From: Methanosarcinales archaeon
GTDB lineage: Archaea; Halobacteriota; Syntropharchaeia; Alkanophagales; Methanospirareceae
DNA length: 64,000 bases
Direction of reading: 5' to 3'
Assembly: GCA_030611585.1 (NCBI GenBank)
Contig: JAUWPM010000001.1
Coordinates: 1,715 to 65,714 of the forward strand
Shown piece after piece: positions 40,386 through 52,347 of this stretch (the stretch's first letter is position 1; every line of letters begins with the position of its first letter). Position numbers and translations under genes: made by a program. The notes under the pieces are model-generated. The model made no database searches, was not told the DNA's origin, and saw only the letters and a list, made by a program, of their open reading frames with translations.

Positions 40386-40449
40386 TTTTTTCTATCACCA
40401 ATTGATGATTCGTTTCGTATGTTAAAATGCTTTCGGTAGAAAAAAAAAA

Positions 40450-40492
40450 CCGAAAAGCTTTTTATGTCGAATGGTGCAATATTGCATATCAA
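40450..40492 (+). promoter_or_regulatory. BRE-TATA plus Mo/W operator copy 4
   Basis: ccgaaaagcTTTTTATG TCGAATGG-N10-CATATCAA. Confidence 0.75.
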
Positions 40493-40536
40493 TAGTGAAA
40501 ATAAGAATGTAAAAAAATGGGGGAAAATGAGAAAAG

Positions 40537-43500
40537 ATGAAAATTAGAGATTGTATGCTGTGGATGATGGTATGCATTAGCATAGGATTGTTGTTTTTAG
40601 CGCCTCCAGCACTGGTAGCAACGACAGGAGGGGCAGTCGCGATACATGAGAACGATGGCGTTACAGTTTTGAACGCGATGACGGCGGATGGCTTCTTCGA
40701 TGGCTCCGTCACACTTACGGACGGGAATTTCACTTTAACCGCATACAATTCCGGGGTAGATTACGAAGTCAGACAACTTACGCCCCTGGGCGCACTCGAC
40801 GCGGCGGCGACTGCAGGTGCATTTGACTACAACTTCACTGATAAGAAGTTTGATTCGCAGGGTATCCTGATGGTTGACGACATCGGAGAGTACCACTACA
40901 ACAAGATCAACAGTTCGGTAAAGTGGGCGTGGAGCTGCTCAGTAAATGGCAATGTCCTGGACGACTGGAGCAATCCCGGAACCGAAGGCTTGAACGTCTA
41001 CGAGCTGCATGACAATGACGTGGTGTACTACTACTACGGGAACGTCAAGCTGCCTGGTTACGGGCCTGAAGACGCCATAGCGGCAGTCAATATTACCGTG
41101 AATCCCACGCCGGGTGACTGGAATCTCAAGCTCGTTGGCGTAGTCAATGAAACCGTCACAAAGGCGGAGTTTGAGAACGGAGTTGCCTGTGGGCATTATG
41201 CTAACTGGACAAACTCCGAGACCGGTGAGTTCTGGGAAGGTATGCCGCTCTGGTACCTCGTAGGGCGGGTTGACGATGAGATACAGCACGGCTCAGGTGC
41301 ATTCAACGACTCGCTCGCTGCGGAGGGGTACTCGGTAAAAGTAATAGCCGGCGACGGATGGAGCACCAGCCTTGCCAGCGCGGACATCGCACGGAACGAT
41401 GGTTACATCGTTGCAAATAAGCTCAACGGCTCAGCACTTCCGAATCAGACGCCGTCCGGGAAGCCCTGCTGGCCTCTTCACCTCAAAGGCGCTAACGTGA
41501 CTGGCGGACAGCAGGTCGGGAACATCGTTGAGATTGACCTTGTCGGTCTACCCGAACCGCCTGAGGGCTGGGAACTCAAGCTGCTCGGCGACGTTGGCGA
41601 TACGATCACGCAAGCCGAGTTCGAGGATGCTGTTTCATGCCATGGCGTGACGTACACCGACGGTAGCGATATTTGGAGTGGAGTTCCGCTCTGGTATCTC
41701 TGCGGTGCGGTGGACAACCTCGAGACTGGCAGTCACTGGACATTTAACGATACCTCGCAGCCGCAGACTACACGGTAAAAGTAATCGCAGCCGATGGCTA
41801 TAACAGATCATTTGTCAGCAGCGAGATTGCTCGTAACAACGGTTATATCGTGGCAAACACGCTGAACGGAGAGCCGCTTGACTATCTATGCCCGCTAAAG
41901 CTTGTGGGTAGCGCCATTACATCTGGTAAGGATAAGGTTGGTAACATCTCTGAGATTGATCTCGTTGAGCTTATCACTCCGCCACCTGATTCCGGCAGCT
42001 ATAACCTGAATTTAACCGGCAAGATAACTGACGTGTTATCTCAAACCGAATTCGAGGCTGGAGTTGCCTGCCATGACGTGACCTGGACAGATGACGACGG
42101 GAATGTGTGGCAAGGTGTTCCGCTCTGGCTCTTCTGCGGCTGGGTGGACGACCGAATCCCACACGGACCCGACGGATTCAACGACAATCAAGCTGCTGCG
42201 GGATACAAGATCATCGTAAAAGCCGGCGACGGCTATGCCAAGGAATTCGCAAGCGCAGACGTCGCTCGGACTAACGACTACATTATCGCCAACACGGTGA
42301 ACGGCACGCCGCTCTCAAAGGATGGTTCGCACCCGCCCTAGCCACTTAGAATTGTTGGACCGGGCGCGCAGGGTGGCATGAGTGTTGGCAACATCGTGGA
42401 GATCGAATTGACCGAGTTTGGTACGTCAACAGAGGTGCCCTCCGTACACGTCGTCAAGTACGATACGGATGGCACTACCATTCTGAACGAGACCAACGTC
42501 ACTTACCTGTGGATGAAGGCAAACCTCCTGGTCATCGGAGACGGCACAACGCACTACAAGTTCGAGGCTTGTGATTTCACCGAAGGCGATCACTGGGATC
42601 AGGCTGAGACCTACCCGGGTGGCTTCAAGATAGATCGGGTCGTGAAAGGGACCTCGGTGAAAGATCTCTGTGAACTCGTCGGAGGCATGGGCGCCGAGAC
42701 CGAGATCAAGCTGGTTGCCAGTGATGGGTACGAGACCTCGCTGGGCTACGCGAACATCTACACCGATGAACTTACGAGTACGCAGCGGGAACGTCAGGGT
42801 GATGCTTTCCTCGCCTGGTGGGCGGATGATCAAGGCTACGTGCCGGACTATTCCAACGGAATGCGGCTATTCTTTAGCGCAAGTGACGATGACTACGTCT
42901 TCGGCCTGTGGGACATGCACGAGTGCATGGACGAAGATTACTGGCACTATTACTGGAATGGGGGCGTACAGTATCCCTCGTGTGCGGGTCTTTCAGCTAA
43001 GTATATTGATACAATCAAGATATATTCTGCGCCCGAAGCAGACTGGAATCTCACGTTAGAAGGCGCTATCAACGATACCATCAGCAAGTCATACTTTGAG
43101 CAGGCTCTCGCCTGTACCATGGGCGGACACGCAGCGGAATATACAGACAGCAAAGGCAGGATGTGGGAAGGAATGCCGTTATGGCTGCTCTGTGGCTGGG
43201 TGGATGACGAGAACAAGCATTCCGCGGGCGCATACAATGACGCACTCGCCGCGGCAGGGTACAACATTACGATCAGCGCGAGCGATGGCTATAACGTGAC
43301 AATTGACAGTAGAGATACGATCCGAAACAGCAACTACATCGTTGCGAACACGCTGAACGGCACGCACATACCTTCAGACAGTTCAAGCTGGCCACTCAGA
43401 CTCGTCGGAGCTAACGTATCCGGCAGCATGACCGTCAAAGGGATAGCAAAGATTGAACTGGATACTATTCCTACTCCTGCACCAACGCCAACACCAAGAC

Positions 43501-43823
43501 CACACGGCGGTGGAGGAGGAGCATCTAAAGATTCCGACGGCGATGGGTACTCAGATATACAAGAACTGCTTGCGGGAACCAACCCGAACGACCAGAATGA
43601 CTATCCAAACAAACCTGTAGCAACGCCAACACCGACTCTAACGTCAGCACCAACCGCAACACCAACACCAGTACCAACGGTACCACCAACAGTAGCACCA
43701 ACAGCAACACCAGTACCAGCAACACCCACACCAACACCGGAAGAACCGGGCTTCGAAGTAGGATTTGCCATTGCCAGCTTATTAGCGATCGCATATCTGG
43801 TGCTAAGAAAGAGGAGGAAGTAG
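40537..43823 (+). pseudogene. ~1090-aa PGF-CTERM surface protein (DUF4430-like plus repeated Moco-binding-fold-like domains), broken by a frameshift at ~41753 and a TAG at 42339-42341
   Basis: Internal repeats restore FNDTLAAADYTVKVIAADG across the frameshift and PP[W]PLRIVG across the TAG; DSDGDG Ca-binding repeat, PT linker, PGFE tail. Confidence 0.75.
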
Positions 43824-43905
43824 AAGCAGAAAGGAACGAACCATAAAACAAGAAACTCGTTTTTATTTCACCTGAAAAATCCGCATAAGCACGGAGGAAG
43901 GCACT

Positions 43906-46343
43906 ATGAATCGTGTGAAGAAGGATAAGCATCAAGAATGGAGAGGTATGCTGCTCATCGGTACCCTTCTCGTGCTTCTCCTCCTCGCTGTACCACCAAC
44001 AACGGCAGCGACAACAGAGGTACATCTAATAAAGTACGCCGTGGATGAATCAATACTGAACGAGACCACGGTGAACTACACGTGGATGGAAGCGAATCTG
44101 CCGGTTTATGGCGATGGCGTAACGCATTACTACCACCAGGGACCTACCTTTAATGAGTGCGATCCGTGGGATCCTGCTGAGGATACAAACGTGGAAAATA
44201 GAGATTACGGTGCTGTGCGAGGGACGGATGTTAAGGATCTGAGCGATCTGGTGGGAGGGATGTCCCTTGGCGATGAGATAAAAATTAAGGCATCTGACGG
44301 CTTCTACAAGAGGTTCAACTACACAAATATCTATGCGCCACAACCAAGGCAGGGGCCGTTGGTTCTGACATGGTGGCATGCGGGAGATGGATACGTGCCC
44401 GACTATTATACTGGAATGCGTCTCATCTTCTTTGCCGACACCAGCACGAATCCATGGGGTTACCATGTATTTGGCAACTGGGACATGCACGAATGTCTCG
44501 CTCCAAAGTACTGGCATAACTATAGTGGAATATGGCCTTCTTCGAGTGGACTGTCTGTGTACCACGTTGATGAACTGGCGATATACAGCACGCTTGATCA
44601 CGCGGAGCTACGTTCAATTAAGGTTTCACCTACCGAAGTAACGCTGAACAGCAGAGATACGCAGCAGTTCACGGCAACCGCATACGACCAATATGGCAAT
44701 GAAATGCCAAACATTGACTTTACATGGGATAGCAGCAATGAAACCGTTGGAACTGTTGACGATACAGGATTGTTCGAGGCAAAAGCAGCAGGAACTACAA
44801 CGGTTACGGCGGCAAACGGAACCGTGAATGGAACGGCAATGGTAACGGTAATTCCCATCCCGATTACACTGGACCCTACATCACGGGCACTACAATAAAC
44901 TCGACGACAATCAACTGGAAGACGGAAAATGCAACTACGGGGACGGTGAAGTATGCAACAGAAGGGTATTACACAGAACACGGCGACTACGACCATGCCG
45001 TTGAAGATGAGGAAGAGACGCAACTTCACCACCTCATTATTACGAATCTGATGCCGAATACGATATATCATTATCAACTAATAATCGGGAATGAATCCAC
45101 TGGCGACCATTTCTTCAGAACATTTCCGGTTACCAGTTCGTTCACCTTTATTGTGTACGGGGATACGAGAGAGCAAACACCGTTATTCACACAATTGGAG
45201 CGACACAAGCTCGTTGCAGACCGTATCGCAGAAGAGGAAAACATTTCATTCGTAATACACACCGGAGATTTTGTCTGCAATGGAAACGACCTTGACGAAT
45301 GGAACAGATTCTTCGATGCCGGCAGAGCGATGCTCGTAAATACAACTATTTATCCTGTGCTCGGAAATCATGAGGATAATCACACGAACTACTACGATAT
45401 GTTTGGCGTTCCAGAGTGGTATTCGTTCGACTGTGGAAACGCGCACTTTACCGTGCTGGATAGCAACTGGGTACCGCTACAGCAGACGGCATGGTTGCGG
45501 AACGACCTTAATACGAGTGCCGCATGGAAATTCGTGTCGTTCCACCATCCGATCTACAGCTCAGATGAACGACATTGGGGCGGCTGGAAGAATGACGTGT
45601 GGGAGAATATTTTCATAAACAACAGTGTAAATGCGGTGTTCAACGGTCACGTGCACGTTTACGAGCGCTACGAGGAGAATGGCATTCAGTACGTGGTTGT
45701 AGGTTGCGGTGGCGCGCCGTTGTATTCTCTTGCATCTGAGAAGATAGCCGGTTACCAGAACAGCTTTGAACACGCACTCGGATACGCTAAGATTACGATA
45801 GACTCAGATAAAGGAGAAGCGACAACGGAAGTAATAAAAGTCGCGGACGTCTCAGAAGATAACAAGAATGTTACATATATCTACCCACAGAACACGATAT
45901 TTGAGACCGTCGTCCTCTATTTAACCCAGCCTCCGCAAATATTCGATACCGGAGTCCCGGATAATCCCTATCCCTCTATTTCCGGCACACATAAAGGAAT
46001 GATCAAAACGGGTCGGGACATTAACGTGAGCACGATGTATACTTACCCATGCCCGGGAACAGGAGGGCATACAGAATACGTAAAGATCGAGAATGATTCC
46101 TGGAACATAACGGCGAATTGGACGGGGTACCAGGGCGACTGGCAGAACATTACCTTTGACGACTCGTTCACGCTAAAGGCCGGTGAAACGTACAGTTATA
46201 CAATAATAACCGGCTCGTATCCGCAGATAATACACAAGCATAAATTCAATGCAACAGGAGGAACAATAAACTGCACTGAATTCATAGACGCCAACGGAAA
46301 ACACTATCAGAATTGGGTACCCGCTATCAGACTATCCCGTTAG
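43906..46343 (+). pseudogene. Exported Moco-fold-like domain + Ig-like + purple-acid-phosphatase-type metallophosphoesterase; frameshift at ~44870
   Basis: Shifted frame reads GPYITGTTINSTTINWKT into ORF 44946; YGD, HTGD, GNHE, HHP and GHVH motifs. Confidence 0.7.
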
Positions 46344-46419
46344 AACTGTTATCTATGGTGGGTTAGGAGGGAGGATAAGACGAACCTTCAAGATTCTTCC
46401 ACAACCCCTACGGTGGAAC

Positions 46420-47784
46420 TCATTCTTTTCGCATATCTCTAAGGTCGTAGCAGAGGTATCCTTCTTCTACCAAATCCTCTTTCCCTTCTAATCTCTTCCC
46501 AATCAACCCGAAATGCTCCATCCGGGATTCATTGTTCCAATTAACCGATTCTGATTTATCTTTCAACTCTGCAAGAATCCTCCGCGCTTCCTCTAATTTC
46601 AAATCACTCCATTTCACCTCAAAGAAAGCTATCTCTTTTGTCTCTTCATTTAATGCCACCAGATCAATCTCCTTCTCTCTGTGCCACCATCTTCCTATCT
46701 TATGAAATCGGAATGGCTTTCTCTCTACCAGGAATTCCATTGCTATCTTTTCAAATGTAAATCCCAAATAGGAATTGAAGTCTCGCTTGAAATCTGACCA
46801 CGCACCTTCTATCTCCCACGTCTCGATCTCAGAGAAGTATCGTGAAACAAATCTGAACCAGAACTCGAAGAAATTATCCTTCATTCTATAAACCCCCCGT
46901 GTCCTTCTCTTATCCAGCACGGAATGCTCCCGCTTCACCAATCCCATATCCCCCAGAATTGATAGATATGCAGCGACATTCTTCGCCTCTAAGAAGGAAT
47001 AATTTGCTATCTCAACGACCTTCGTATATCCCATAGAAATTGCCTCAAGAATCTGGAAATATGTCTCTGGCTCTCTTAATTCCTCCTCAAGTATTAATTT
47101 GGGCTCGCGAAACAAAAAGCTTTCCGGATTAAAGACATTCTCCTTTATTTCCTTCTCCACGTTAATTCCGGAGAAGAATTCTAAATATTTCGGAATACCG
47201 TCACAAACGGCAAAAATCTTGATTAAATCTTCTATCTTCGTCTTTGGAAACCACTCACGCAAATCCCGGAATCTCAAAGGTTGAATAAATATCTGTCCGG
47301 TGCTTCTACCGTACAATGGCGATTTATAGCCCAAAACTCGCTTTTTCATCATGCTAACCGCAGACCCGGAGAGAATGAGCTTTACCTCTTTCTCTGGTAG
47401 AATTTTATCTGCAATCGTCTGAAATTCCGCAATAATATCACTCTTCTTAATTAAGTATGAGAATTCGTCTATGACAACAGTCAGCCCTTTCCTGTCCTCT
47501 TTGACTATAAAATCGAAACATTCAGAGAAGCTATTAAAATTCGGCTTTGGTATCCCAAAGTACTCCCCTATTGCTTTATTAAATTTTGATAGGTTATACT
47601 GCCATTTTCTCTCCTCACAGAGCAGGAATATATTCGCCTTGTCCTTTACAAATTCCTTTAGTAATCTGCTCTTCCCGGTCCTTCTCCTGCCGGAAACGAT
47701 GATAAACTCAAACCCCTTCTCTTTGTATTTCTTATCTAAAAATTCAAGCTCCTTTCTCCTGTCAATAAACTCTTTTCGGTACAT
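46420..47784 (-). CDS. Archaeal AAA ATPase with DUF234 C-terminal domain
   Basis: FIDRRKEL, GRRRTGKS, IDEF, SPLYGR, DNFFEFWFRF, EIDLVA, EVKW. Confidence 0.88.
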   Translation of the reverse strand: MYRKEFIDRRKELEFLDKKYKEKGFEFIIVSGRRRTGKSRLLKEFVKDKANIFLLCEERKWQYNLSKFNKAIGEYFGIPKPNFNSFSECFDFIVKEDRKGLTVVIDEFSYLIKKSDIIAEFQTIADKILPEKEVKLILSGSAVSMMKKRVLGYKSPLYGRSTGQIFIQPLRFRDLREWFPKTKIEDLIKIFAVCDGIPKYLEFFSGINVEKEIKENVFNPESFLFREPKLILEEELREPETYFQILEAISMGYTKVVEIANYSFLEAKNVAAYLSILGDMGLVKREHSVLDKRRTRGVYRMKDNFFEFWFRFVSRYFSEIETWEIEGAWSDFKRDFNSYLGFTFEKIAMEFLVERKPFRFHKIGRWWHREKEIDLVALNEETKEIAFFEVKWSDLKLEEARRILAELKDKSESVNWNNESRMEHFGLIGKRLEGKEDLVEEGYLCYDLRDMRKE

Positions 47785-47848
47785 GATTATATAATTTCGT
47801 TTCGAATATTTAAATGTAGTCTTTCCGGTAATAAAAAGCAATTAATAA

Positions 47849-48200
47849 ACCACGAGATTAACACAAGAAATGTTGGCTAATAAGGGATAAAATTGCAGAT
47901 AGAACACAGAAAACTGGTTCCTATTATTGTTCTCTCGTGAAATAAGCCCGTACATGGTTTTCGGGGACGTGGGCAGTGCCCACGATGCGGGGGCACGGGC
48001 GGAGCCACACATAAAAAAGTCTCTCTAGTGAAACTTCCTTTTTCAAAGAGACATATTCTTTCTTAGCACAGGTTCTTTCTACGAGAAAGAAAGTGTTGTG
48101 CAATCTGGTGGTTACAACTTTAACTTTAAACCACGAGATTCCACGAGAGGGACACAGAAGAATAAAAAAAATCTGTGAGAATCTGTGAGAATCTGTGGTT
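47849..48200 (+). repeat. Composite intergenic repeat (family C)
   Basis: aaccacgagatt arms and GC hairpins; homologous in reverse to 62236-62443. Confidence 0.7.
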
Positions 48201-48225
48201 ACAAAATTTTTATCAGCATGAATAA

Positions 48226-48268
48226 ACCGAAAACCTTTTATGTCGAACGGTCTATTTTTACATATCAA
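48226..48268 (+). promoter_or_regulatory. BRE-TATA plus Mo/W operator copy 5
   Basis: ccgaaaaccTTTTATG TCGAACGG-N10-CATATCAA. Confidence 0.75.
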
Positions 48269-48288
48269 TGCGGCGTGGTACGGAAAAG

Positions 48289-49845
48289 ATGAAACAAATG
48301 AAACAATATGTGCCACTAGCATTATTGTGTGCCGGTGTTGCGCTGCTGCTCTTAACGCTTCCAGCGCAGGCAGCAGGTACGACAGAAGTGCACGTGGTGA
48401 AATACGCCTCTGATGGCACGACCGTTCTGAACGAGACGACGGTAAACTACATGAGGATGAAGGCGAATCTACCAGTCTACGGGGATGGGACTACGCATTA
48501 CTACCATCAGGGACCGATCTTCGAAGATGCATGGAATGAAGTACACCCCAACGAGACGTGGGATCTTGAAGAGGACAAGTGGAACCCGGAAGAGGACGTC
48601 AATGTACTTGGGGAAGACCTGGGCGCCGTGAAAGGAACGGACGTTAAGGATCTGTGTGATTTGGTCGGAGGAATGTCAGAAGGCGATGAGGTAAAGATTA
48701 AAGCCGTTGACAACTTCTACAAGAGTTTCCCGTACTCGAACGTCTACGAACCCGATCCGCGACAGGGTCCGATGGTCGTGACCTGGTACACCGAAGACGC
48801 CACGGAGAGCGGGCCGATTAGCGGGTACGTGCCGGAGGACTACTATAACGGCATGCGACTCGTATTCCTTGCTGATGCTTCCACCAACCCGTGGGGCAAG
48901 CACGTATTTGGCATCAGCGACATGCGCGCATGCCTCCCTGAGGATTACTGGCATTACTATCAGTACCCGGATTACCCTTCTACGGGCGGATACACTATAA
49001 AGTACATAGATAGAATCCTGATCTACAGCAGTATCGAGCCACCGGAATTGACGTCAATCGCGGTTTCTCCATCCAGCGTGGAGCTGGAAGAAGATGCGAC
49101 AAAACAGTTCAATGCAACCGCATACGACCAGAATGGCGATGAAATGCCAGATATAATCTTTACGTGGACGAGCAGTGATGAAACAGTTGGAACAATTGAC
49201 GAAAATGGATTATTTACCGCATTAGATGCCGGGGAGACCACAATAACAGCAGCGAACGAAACAGTAGAGGGAACGGCAACTGTAACGGTACACGAGGAAG
49301 ACAGCGATGACAATGAAGATGGGGAAGATAGTGGTGCTGGTGACGGAACTTCTCAGTCCAGCCCAGTCCTAACCGTAATTAACGTCTCACCGCCATCAGT
49401 AACGCTGAACGCCAGTAACACGCAGCAGTTCAATGCAACCGCTTACGACCAAACGCAGAACCCGATAGTGGGTGTCGTTTTCAATTGGACGATCGGCAAT
49501 GAAACCGTTGGAACGATCAATAACGCTGGATTCTTCACCGCTATTGCAGCAGGAACGACAACGATAAGAGCTGCGAATGGAACCGTGAACGGAACGGCAA
49601 ATGTAACGGTGCTTGCTCCGACAACAACACCTTCACCAACTGAAACGCTAACGGTAAACGCAACGCCTTTTCCATCTCCTACCGCTCATTCAATTCCGAC
49701 ACACTCGCCATCTGCAACAGTAACAGCAACACCTACGCCCACAGTAACGTCTACGCCAACGCCATCAGTACCAGGATTTGAAGCTTTATTCGCACTCGTA
49801 GGATTGTTGACGGTAGCTTACGTGATTAATAGGAGAAAAAAATAA
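48289..49845 (+). CDS. PGF-CTERM surface protein: Moco-fold-like domain plus two Ig-like domains
   Basis: Signal peptide; VHVVKYA..NLPVYGDGTTHYYHQGP; two QFNATAYDQ units; PT linker; PGFE tail; start uncertain. Confidence 0.85.
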   Translation: MKQMKQYVPLALLCAGVALLLLTLPAQAAGTTEVHVVKYASDGTTVLNETTVNYMRMKANLPVYGDGTTHYYHQGPIFEDAWNEVHPNETWDLEEDKWNPEEDVNVLGEDLGAVKGTDVKDLCDLVGGMSEGDEVKIKAVDNFYKSFPYSNVYEPDPRQGPMVVTWYTEDATESGPISGYVPEDYYNGMRLVFLADASTNPWGKHVFGISDMRACLPEDYWHYYQYPDYPSTGGYTIKYIDRILIYSSIEPPELTSIAVSPSSVELEEDATKQFNATAYDQNGDEMPDIIFTWTSSDETVGTIDENGLFTALDAGETTITAANETVEGTATVTVHEEDSDDNEDGEDSGAGDGTSQSSPVLTVINVSPPSVTLNASNTQQFNATAYDQTQNPIVGVVFNWTIGNETVGTINNAGFFTAIAAGTTTIRAANGTVNGTANVTVLAPTTTPSPTETLTVNATPFPSPTAHSIPTHSPSATVTATPTPTVTSTPTPSVPGFEALFALVGLLTVAYVINRRKK

Positions 49846-49846
49846 A

Positions 49847-50671
49847 ATGAACAGAAAAATAGTGTTTGGGATTTCACTGCTTCTGCTCTTAGTATTCGCA
49901 ACGGGTTTTGCTCATGCGGATCCAACGACGGAAGTGCACGTGATAAAGTATGCTGAGAATGAAACAATACTGAACGAAACAACCGTAACGTACCAGTGGC
50001 TGGAGGCGAATCTGCCGGTTCAGGGAGATGGAATAACGCATTATTACCATCAGGGACCGGTATTCGAGGGCGATAAATGGGATCCGAACGAGACGGCGAA
50101 CTATAAGGATAGAGGCGCCGTGAAAGGAACGGATATAAAGGATTTGTGCGATCTCGTGGGAGGGATGTCGCCGGGTGACGAAGTGATGATCCACGCGCCG
50201 GACGGCTACCACGTGGAGTTCGGCTACGCAAACGTCTACGAACCACAGCTTAGACAGGGACCGATGGTTCTGTGCTGGCATTGCAGCGAGGATATAAAAG
50301 AAATCGGCGAGCGACAGGGCGAGGGGTATCCACCAGACTATTACACGGGGATGCGGCTCGTCTTCTTCGCTGACGATTCTACCAATTTAGAGGGTAAACA
50401 CGTCTTCGGCAACTGGGACATGCACGAATGCTTACCCGAGCAGTGCTATCACTTCTATGAGCTCTATCCCTCCACAAACGGGTTTTCAGTGAAGTGGGTG
50501 GATGAGCTAAGGATTTACAGTGGTGGATACACCGGCGAGCACGGCGATCCAGCGAAAGCTATGCCTACGCCCACGCCTGCGTCACGCTCAATACCGGGAT
50601 TTGAGCTCGTATTCGCAATTGCGGGATTGCTGTTAGTTGCTTGTCATACTTTAGAGAGGAAAAGAAGATGA
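49847..50671 (+). CDS. PGF-CTERM surface protein with a single Moco-fold-like domain
   Basis: Same domain as 43906 and 48289; IPGFEL tail. Confidence 0.85.
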   Translation: MNRKIVFGISLLLLLVFATGFAHADPTTEVHVIKYAENETILNETTVTYQWLEANLPVQGDGITHYYHQGPVFEGDKWDPNETANYKDRGAVKGTDIKDLCDLVGGMSPGDEVMIHAPDGYHVEFGYANVYEPQLRQGPMVLCWHCSEDIKEIGERQGEGYPPDYYTGMRLVFFADDSTNLEGKHVFGNWDMHECLPEQCYHFYELYPSTNGFSVKWVDELRIYSGGYTGEHGDPAKAMPTPTPASRSIPGFELVFAIAGLLLVACHTLERKRR

Positions 50672-51267
50672 AAAAAAGCAAAGTCCTTGGACTTTTACTT
50701 GTTGTTGCGGTGGTCTGTATCGGTGGTATTGCAGCGGTTGCGTATCTGAATCCTTTTGGCACGCCGGAGGAGACCGTTGACTGGAACGTGACGTTGATAG
50801 GGTGCGGAGGCGAGGAGAAAGTGCTAACGTTCGACGAGATAAAAGCGATGCCTTCTTACAAGGGCTACGGCGGGTTCTTCACTACGGTTGGCATAGTAAA
50901 CGGGCCGTATAAATGCAAAGGCGTGCCCTTGAAGGACCTCTGCGCGCTCGTTGGCGGACTCGATGCGTCAAACACTGTCTGGGTATCGGCACCCGATGGG
51001 TATTTAATGACCTTCAGCTACGATCAGGTCAACGGTGATTTCCGCACTTACGATCCTGCAACGTTTAAGGAAGTGCCACACGAGGATTTAACGCTGATCT
51101 TGATGTACGAGCAGGATGACGCACCGCTGTCCGATTACGATGGCAGACCGCTCAGACTCGCGATCGTATCATCGTCGTCGTCAAGCGATGAGTTCATAAC
51201 GGAAGGGCATAGCTGGGTGAAATGGGTGAATAAAATAGAGGTTCGAACACCCGCTGCGAGTGCGTAG
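50668..51267 (+). CDS. Membrane-anchored molybdopterin-binding (sulfite oxidase fold)-like protein
   Basis: LTFDEIKAMP, KGVPLKDL, APDGY, RPLRLAI, WVKWVNKIEV. Confidence 0.75.
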   Translation: MKKSKVLGLLLVVAVVCIGGIAAVAYLNPFGTPEETVDWNVTLIGCGGEEKVLTFDEIKAMPSYKGYGGFFTTVGIVNGPYKCKGVPLKDLCALVGGLDASNTVWVSAPDGYLMTFSYDQVNGDFRTYDPATFKEVPHEDLTLILMYEQDDAPLSDYDGRPLRLAIVSSSSSSDEFITEGHSWVKWVNKIEVRTPAASA

Positions 51268-51281
51268 CAGGATGGAGAAAG

Positions 51282-52331
51282 ATGAACGCTAAGCACATTG
51301 TCGTACTAACACTAATCGCTGCGGTGGTTCTGAGTGCCGCGTGCATCTCCCAGGATCAAGGGAAGAGCAAATTGAAGGTCATTTATGCCGGGAGTCTGAT
51401 CCTCCCGTTTGGCGAGCTGGAGCAGGCGTTTGAGAGCGAGCATCCAGACGTGGACGTGCTGGTAGAGGGGCACGGAAGTATCCAGGCGATTCGGCATATA
51501 ACCGACGTGCATGAGGAGTACGACGTGATCGCCGTGGCAGACGATTCCTTAGTACCTGCAATGATGTACCCCGAGTATGCGGACTGGTGTGTGCGGTTCG
51601 CAACGAACCAGATGGTCATCATGTACACCAACAGGAGCAACTACGCGGCTGAGATAAACGACTCGAACTGGTATGAAATCCTCGCACGCCCAGATGTGAT
51701 GTTCGGCTTCTCGAATCCCATGTTCGATGCCTGCGGATACAGAACGCTGATGGTGATCCCGCTCGCGGAATCGTACTACGGCAATCAAACGATCTTTGAC
51801 GTACTGATCGCACGCAATTTCGACCCGCCATTGCCGCTGATTAAGGATAACGGCACGTACACAGTGGTGGTGCCCGAAGTATTCGAGCCGCAGGGAGATA
51901 AAATCGCCGTACGGGGCGGAAGCGTGCAATTAATAGCTCTGCTCGATTACGGCGGTATTGACTACGCCTTCGGATACAAGAGCGTGGCACAGCAGCACGG
52001 ACTGCGGTATTTGGAGCTGCCTGCCGAGATAGATTTGAGTTCGCCGGAGTACTGTGAGACGTACGATAAAGCTAAAGTTACGCTTGGATTTCAACGCTTT
52101 ACGTCCGTGGGTGTTGAGCGTATCGGCCGACCGATCTTCTACGGGATAACCGTCCCTAAGAACGCACCGGATCCTGAGCTGGGACTGGAATTCGTGAACT
52201 TCGTGCTGAGTGAGGAGGGGCAGAGGATTCTCCAGGACAATAATCAGCCTACTATCCCGCCCGAAGTGGACAATTTGGATAAAATACCCGTGGAGCTCAG
52301 ACCCGTGGTTATAAAAGAGATAAAAGAATAG
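51282..52331 (+). CDS. wtpA: Tungstate ABC transporter binding lipoprotein
   Basis: Lipobox SAAC, YAGSL, GSIQAIR, SNPMFDACGYR, YGITVP. Confidence 0.88.
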   Translation: MNAKHIVVLTLIAAVVLSAACISQDQGKSKLKVIYAGSLILPFGELEQAFESEHPDVDVLVEGHGSIQAIRHITDVHEEYDVIAVADDSLVPAMMYPEYADWCVRFATNQMVIMYTNRSNYAAEINDSNWYEILARPDVMFGFSNPMFDACGYRTLMVIPLAESYYGNQTIFDVLIARNFDPPLPLIKDNGTYTVVVPEVFEPQGDKIAVRGGSVQLIALLDYGGIDYAFGYKSVAQQHGLRYLELPAEIDLSSPEYCETYDKAKVTLGFQRFTSVGVERIGRPIFYGITVPKNAPDPELGLEFVNFVLSEEGQRILQDNNQPTIPPEVDNLDKIPVELRPVVIKEIKE

Positions 52332-52347
52332 TGAGGAGGGAGGACGG

